A stretch of DNA of 20,000 nucleotides, taken from IMG/VR virus record IMGVR_UViG_3300047457_000394. One strand, written 5' to 3'. Both the position numbers and the translations under genes were made by a program. The notes below the pieces were generated by a model, which worked only from the letters and a program-made list of their open reading frames with translations, ran no database searches and was not told the origin of the DNA. This DNA comes from an uncultured virus (IMG/VR IMGVR_UViG_3300047457_000394). Its lineage: Duplodnaviria; Heunggongvirae; Uroviricota; Caudoviricetes. This document shows, piece after piece, positions 15,826 through 20,000 of the stretch; position 1 is the stretch's first letter; the number at the start of each line of letters is the position of its first letter.

Positions 15826-16733
15826 GCTGCAAGCTCCATCGGTTCATCTTCCGCTTCATCACTCAACCCCCAGTCACGATCGCCCAAAAGCTTCTCAACC
15901 CGAGCCCGCAGCACTTCACGGGTATCGGCCTCCTGACGCAGGGCATCCGTCGTCACCCCATCGACTGCACCTAGCAAACCCTTACGCATCGCCTCAAGCT
16001 GCGGATCGTTCGATACGTTGAAATGCTCAAGCAACCCACAAAGCTCATGCACATTACCCAGCAGTGAGTCGTATATCTTGCCGCGCTTGCCGTCAGTCTT
16101 TGGCGACAACTGCTTCTGCAGTCGAGTCAGTGCTGAATAGAGACGCTCCCAAGAGTCACGCGCTGCGCGCTCCTGCATGGCTTTCATTCGTTCCTCATAC
16201 TGCGTAACCAAAAGCTGCTGCGCAGTATTCTCAAGGTCAATACGAAAGTCACCCGATGTGGGCAGCGGCATGTAAGTCAACGTAAATGCGAAGCGCCTAC
16301 GAACCTCAGACCGGCTCAGATACTCACGCCGATCAAAGAGTGAGCCCAACTGGAACGCAGCCGCAGACACCAGCGTGTCGTACTTGTCGAGGAACGCATC
16401 GACGAGCCGCCAGAACTCACGCTCCTCGTTGTACATGATGTCTTGATGCGTCTGCAGTAACGACGCTGGCAGGATGCGCAGCCCACTGTCCGACCACGGT
16501 GACGTGTATTTGTAGTTAGCCGCACGAAGCCGCGCTTGAAACGATGTGATGGCATCAAGCTCTGCACAATCAGCGAACAACGACTTGTACACCGACGCAG
16601 CCCGCTTACTCTTGGCCCCCTTACTGGAAGTCACTTCATCACGAGTGCGCTTGTCCTGCACCCGACCCATGTACGTGCTGATTGAAAGATCAACGAGCAA
16701 CGCGCCACGCGCTTGACCTGACATGATGTCCAT
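15822..16733 (-). CDS. DUF3150-like helical phage protein
   Basis: 303 aa; YKYTSPWSDSGLRILP, FLDKYDTLV, FDRREY, DFRIDL pattern; AAGGAGAG SD. Family call is tentative. Confidence 0.55.
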   Translation of the reverse strand: MDIMSGQARGALLVDLSISTYMGRVQDKRTRDEVTSSKGAKSKRAASVYKSLFADCAELDAITSFQARLRAANYKYTSPWSDSGLRILPASLLQTHQDIMYNEEREFWRLVDAFLDKYDTLVSAAAFQLGSLFDRREYLSRSEVRRRFAFTLTYMPLPTSGDFRIDLENTAQQLLVTQYEERMKAMQERAARDSWERLYSALTRLQKQLSPKTDGKRGKIYDSLLGNVHELCGLLEHFNVSNDPQLEAMRKGLLGAVDGVTTDALRQEADTREVLRARVEKLLGDRDWGLSDEAEDEPMELAA

Positions 16734-16746
16734 GAAACTCTCCTTG

Positions 16747-16761
16747 TTTTAACGGTTAAAA
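16747..16761. promoter_or_regulatory. 15-bp palindrome, copy 1 (putative operator)
   Basis: TTTTAAC-G-GTTAAAA between a stop codon and an RBS; identical to 19446-19460. Confidence 0.6.
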
Positions 16762-17016
16762 TTATTCTGCTTCGGCACGAAGCTTGGTCATTGTGATCAG
16801 TGCGTCGTACTCAATCTGCGATAGAACTTTCAAAGTTAACATGTCCTCGACCTTTGGTTGATTGATTTTGTCTATGTAGTTGGTCCCATTGATACCTTTT
16901 CCCGTTCCCACCCACTCAGACACCTTGACCTCGCAGCCATCGACAACCTCGACTAATCTCTCAAGCTGTGCTGCGGTCAACACGATTGGGTTTGATATAG
17001 AAACTAAGAATCTCAT
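16762..17016 (-). CDS. Hypothetical protein
   Basis: GGAGGTG SD before ATG 17016 (MRFLVSIS...). Confidence 0.65.
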   Translation of the reverse strand: MRFLVSISNPIVLTAAQLERLVEVVDGCEVKVSEWVGTGKGINGTNYIDKINQPKVEDMLTLKVLSQIEYDALITMTKLRAEAE

Positions 17017-17017
17017 C

Positions 17018-18169
17018 TCACACCTCCACACGAATAGTTGTACCGAACGGCGCTTTGCGTTTGCCTGCGATGGCCCACAGCGTGGGCCAGTCTGATTTAC
17101 CCCAACTGTTGCCGATCTCACCATCAGTCAGCACGATGACCGCCTCGGGCTTGATGCGGTTGTCTCGAAGATAATCAAACACCACGTCGGCACGTGTGCC
17201 GCCCCCACCCTTGGGCTTGAGTGTTGCCACTGCGAAGTGACCATCATCAAACACCTGATCCCCCGCCACTCGTGTATCCCAATACAACACACGCACACGA
17301 CTGGGCCTGACCTGCTCGATGACCCCCTGAAGCTCCGACACAAACGCAGTCATCATGGCGCTACCGAAGCACGACCCCGAGGTATCAAGCGCCACCACAA
17401 GCTCGCCCATCGTGACCCCCTGCAGTGTGGGCATATACACGTCATCACTTAGGTAGCGTCGGTTCGGTTTGCGCCACGAGGACTCGTCCTTGCCTGCACA
17501 AAGCTCAGACACAAAGTCGCGCAACACTTCACGCCAATTAACCTTGGCTTCGAGCAACGCACCGAACACACCGTCCTGACTACCTGCACCATCCTTGCTA
17601 CGCTGGCGCTTGACGATCTCACCCTGACGCACAAGCCGCTGGATCTCCTCGGTTAGCTTCTCACGCTCCTCAGCGCTGCGCCCATGGGCCTCATCCCACA
17701 TGTGCTCATCGAACCCACCACCTCCGCTACCACTACCCCCGTTCTTTTTCAGGTCGTCATAGATCTGCCTGACCGACCAGCCCCGATACTTCTCATCGAG
17801 CATCCCACCGATCTGCGGCATGCGTATGAACCCTGCATCCTTGTCGGCATCGAGCAACGATATGTTTACGAAATAATCCGCAGCCTGATTCGCAAGCTTG
17901 GGGTTTTCATCGAACAACCCGCGCCACATGTCCAGGTGCAGGTACGCCACATGCGTGGCCTCGTGGAGGATCACGAACCTAAGCTCGGGGTCACTGAGCT
18001 TCTCGATAAACGATTCGCCGTAGAACTTGTTGAGCCCATCGGTACAGGCTGTGGGTATATCTTCGCGCACCTCAGTGCGCCCCGACGCAAGTATCGGCCC
18101 GAACGAACACCACATCTTGTGGTGCATGATGGACACGTGCTGCCTACGGATGCGATCTAACGGACTCAT
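17018..18169 (-). CDS. Metallopeptidase-VWA protein (DUF2201-like)
   Basis: TACTDG, HEATH (HExxH), WRKPNRR, MIDAS DTSGS, GGGGT, LTDG. Confidence 0.88.
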   Translation of the reverse strand: MSPLDRIRRQHVSIMHHKMWCSFGPILASGRTEVREDIPTACTDGLNKFYGESFIEKLSDPELRFVILHEATHVAYLHLDMWRGLFDENPKLANQAADYFVNISLLDADKDAGFIRMPQIGGMLDEKYRGWSVRQIYDDLKKNGGSGSGGGGFDEHMWDEAHGRSAEEREKLTEEIQRLVRQGEIVKRQRSKDGAGSQDGVFGALLEAKVNWREVLRDFVSELCAGKDESSWRKPNRRYLSDDVYMPTLQGVTMGELVVALDTSGSCFGSAMMTAFVSELQGVIEQVRPSRVRVLYWDTRVAGDQVFDDGHFAVATLKPKGGGGTRADVVFDYLRDNRIKPEAVIVLTDGEIGNSWGKSDWPTLWAIAGKRKAPFGTTIRVEV

Positions 18170-18342
18170 GGTTTTCTCCTAAGTTTGCCTTGCAATGCCC
18201 AGTCTTGAATGCTTCGTTCAACGCGCCCCATCTCATAGCGTTTCATGGGCGGCACATACGCAAGCCCGATGCGACCTGGGTGCCAATCTTTACGAAGCCG
18301 CACCACCGTGCGACCGTCTGCTGTGTGCTCAGTAATCAGCAT
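18166..18342 (-). CDS. 58-aa hypothetical protein (not in the ORF track)
   Basis: MLITEHTADGRTVVRLRKDWHPGRIGLAYVPP...; fills the gap and overlaps the next start (ATGA). Confidence 0.6.
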   Translation of the reverse strand: MLITEHTADGRTVVRLRKDWHPGRIGLAYVPPMKRYEMGRVERSIQDWALQGKLRRKP

Positions 18343-18343
18343 C

Positions 18344-19426
18344 TCAGTTCCCCTTCAGATACTTGGCTTGGCCTGCACTGAGCTCCGTGTATGCACGGCA
18401 CATGGCCAGCATCGTGAGCTTGGATTTAACGCCAGCGATTGTCGTTATGAACAAGTGACGTGCTTCGAATGACTCCCAGCGCTTGACGTACTCACAATAC
18501 GCAGGCAACGACGCAGGCTGCGCCCGGTTCGCAAGTTTGAAAGCCATGAGAAAGTAAGCAGACACACCGTCCGGCAGGGGCGCATCCTTGGGGGAGGACT
18601 CGATAAGTTTCAGTGGTGGCAGCTTGTCGTCCAGCAACACCGCAGCCTCAAGCATCCTCGCCGCAGGCTCACCGATCGTACCTGCCAGTGCAGGCAAGAG
18701 CGCACTACCCAGACGGTCACGTTGTTTGATGATGTGTGACGCCCGCTCAAGCGCCCGCCCCGAGCAGTATGTCTTGGTGTTACCCGTCAGTGGGTTGAAC
18801 ACGTACGGGTTCTTAGGATTAGTGAGCGCGTCGTACCGCTCGAACACCTCGGGGGTATCAAACACAAACTTCATTACTGCAGGGTCGATATCGTTCTCAG
18901 CTGCCCACAGCAGCCACCCAGTGGGCTTCCCCTCAGCGTCAAGGACTTCGGGATTGGCGTAGTCCACCACCGTCATGCGGTTATAGCCATGTGCAGGCAG
19001 TGAGTCGCCCACCCCGTCAGAGTCTAGGTTACCGGTGGCGAATACGTAAGAGCCGTATGGCAAGGACAGGTCGCCCAATCTGCGGTCGTTGGCTAGTGGC
19101 CACAGCATATTCAGCACGGGCTTAAGCGCTTTACTTAGCTCATCCAGCATGATGAGGACGGGTTGGTCAGACCCACGGCGCAGCCCGAACCGATTGTTCG
19201 GAGCGTAGGAAGTTGTCATGGTCTCGCGGTCCACCACCGGCATGGCGATATCGCCAAGGTCTAACTGAGTGCAGTCCACGTAGCAGGGGGTGTGGTCAGG
19301 CAGTTGCTTAGCGAGTTCCTTGAGGATCGCAGACTTACCCATACCCGGCTGCCCCCGCAGCATCACGGTGACTTGAGTACCCACGGTACGGATGAGGGTT
19401 ACGGCTTGTTCGAAATTGACTTGCAT
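18344..19426 (-). CDS. MoxR-like AAA+ ATPase
   Basis: Walker A GQPGMGKS, Walker B IMLDE, ATGN sensor 1, NR arginine finger; adjacent to the VWA gene. Confidence 0.88.
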   Translation of the reverse strand: MQVNFEQAVTLIRTVGTQVTVMLRGQPGMGKSAILKELAKQLPDHTPCYVDCTQLDLGDIAMPVVDRETMTTSYAPNNRFGLRRGSDQPVLIMLDELSKALKPVLNMLWPLANDRRLGDLSLPYGSYVFATGNLDSDGVGDSLPAHGYNRMTVVDYANPEVLDAEGKPTGWLLWAAENDIDPAVMKFVFDTPEVFERYDALTNPKNPYVFNPLTGNTKTYCSGRALERASHIIKQRDRLGSALLPALAGTIGEPAARMLEAAVLLDDKLPPLKLIESSPKDAPLPDGVSAYFLMAFKLANRAQPASLPAYCEYVKRWESFEARHLFITTIAGVKSKLTMLAMCRAYTELSAGQAKYLKGN

Positions 19427-19445
19427 GATGATTCCTTGTGAAGGT

Positions 19446-19460
19446 TTTTAACGGTTAAAA
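19446..19460. promoter_or_regulatory. 15-bp palindrome, copy 2 (putative operator)
   Basis: TTTTAACGGTTAAAA between a stop codon and the ATPase RBS. Confidence 0.6.
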
Positions 19461-19634
19461 TTAAAAATCTGCTGACTGCACCACTTGTGCGCCTTGCTTC
19501 TCGCAGAGCACTACAGTTATTTCATATGTTTTCTTAGCTTTGAACATGGCAGCAGCTTTTAGCTGTGCTTCGTAAGACGTGGCGGCGTAAACCTCACAAG
19601 TCTTACCACGGTAAAAGCATTTATATCCGTTCAT
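19461..19634 (-). CDS. 57-aa phage protein (not in the ORF track)
   Basis: AAGGAG SD; MNGYKCFYRGKTCEVYAATSYEAQLKAAAMFKAKKTYEITVVLCEKQGAQVVQSADF. Confidence 0.7.
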   Translation of the reverse strand: MNGYKCFYRGKTCEVYAATSYEAQLKAAAMFKAKKTYEITVVLCEKQGAQVVQSADF

Positions 19635-19679
19635 TTAAAACTCCTTGTAGGGTTTGGTTTTGGTTGAGTTAAACGACAA

Positions 19680-20000
19680 CTACAGGACAAACACATCAGA
19701 CTCGACGGTGTGTTTCATCTCGGCTTTGGCAACAGCCATGAGCTTGGCCCAGCACTGAGACGTACTTGCTTCATCCCACTTACGCATGCCCCACACCGGC
19801 GTGTACTTGTAAGACGCAATCACCCCAGGCCAATACTCGGCAAACCTAAAGTCGGTTAGTGCCCCACTGATACGGCGGCTGTCAACCGCGAAGGGAGCAT
19901 CGCCTGGGGTCGCATTCGCATACAGCACTGGGAACAATGCTTTGAACCCGGAGTCCTTGATTGCTTGTGTGAAAGCTTTAGTCTGTTCTCGATCCACCAC
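19680..20000 (-). CDS. Hypothetical protein, partial (5' end outside the window)
   Basis: Open frame from the right edge to the stop at 19680. Confidence 0.6.
   Translation of the reverse strand: MVDREQTKAFTQAIKDSGFKALFPVLYANATPGDAPFAVDSRRISGALTDFRFAEYWPGVIASYKYTPVWGMRKWDEASTSQCWAKLMAVAKAEMKHTVESDVFVL

Noticed and set aside
166..18962. Plus-strand ORFs and alternative-frame minus ORFs in the track (e.g. 2373-2867, 3428-3922, 4395-4829, 13471-13971, 17684-18160)
   Set aside because: They are shadows of well-supported minus-strand genes, with no recognisable motifs.
1..20000. tRNA/rRNA genes, integrase/att sites, stop-codon reassignment
   Set aside because: None were seen; genes tile densely under the standard code, with TAA, TAG and TGA all used as stops.

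Overview
A 20-kb fragment of a tailed dsDNA phage (or prophage) genome; every credible gene is on the minus strand, so transcription runs right to left. The right part (about 10.5-20 kb) is an early/accessory region with a MoxR-like AAA+ ATPase, a metallopeptidase-VWA protein, a DUF3150-like protein and about 20 small, tightly coupled ORFs, including an Acb2/Tad1-like nucleotide-sponge candidate and an R67/DfrB-type dihydrofolate reductase homolog. The left part (about 0-10.5 kb) is the replication module: VRR-NUC nuclease, family A DNA polymerase, PD-(D/E)XK exonuclease, small HNH, SNF2-like helicase, SSB-like protein, HTH protein and AEP primase-DUF927 helicase. Highlights: (1) the polymerase is fractured into two genes carrying the halves of a naturally split intein (107-aa IntN, 26-aa IntC), with a free-standing HNH endonuclease gene between them in a third frame; (2) a promoter-to-terminator unit of about 73 nt (6405-6333) whose unpaired linker is complementary to the ribosome-binding regions of several of the phage's own genes, a candidate anti-Shine-Dalgarno sRNA; (3) a structured leader before the primase gene; (4) a repeated 15-bp palindrome. 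All family calls come from motif recognition by eye; no searches were run.
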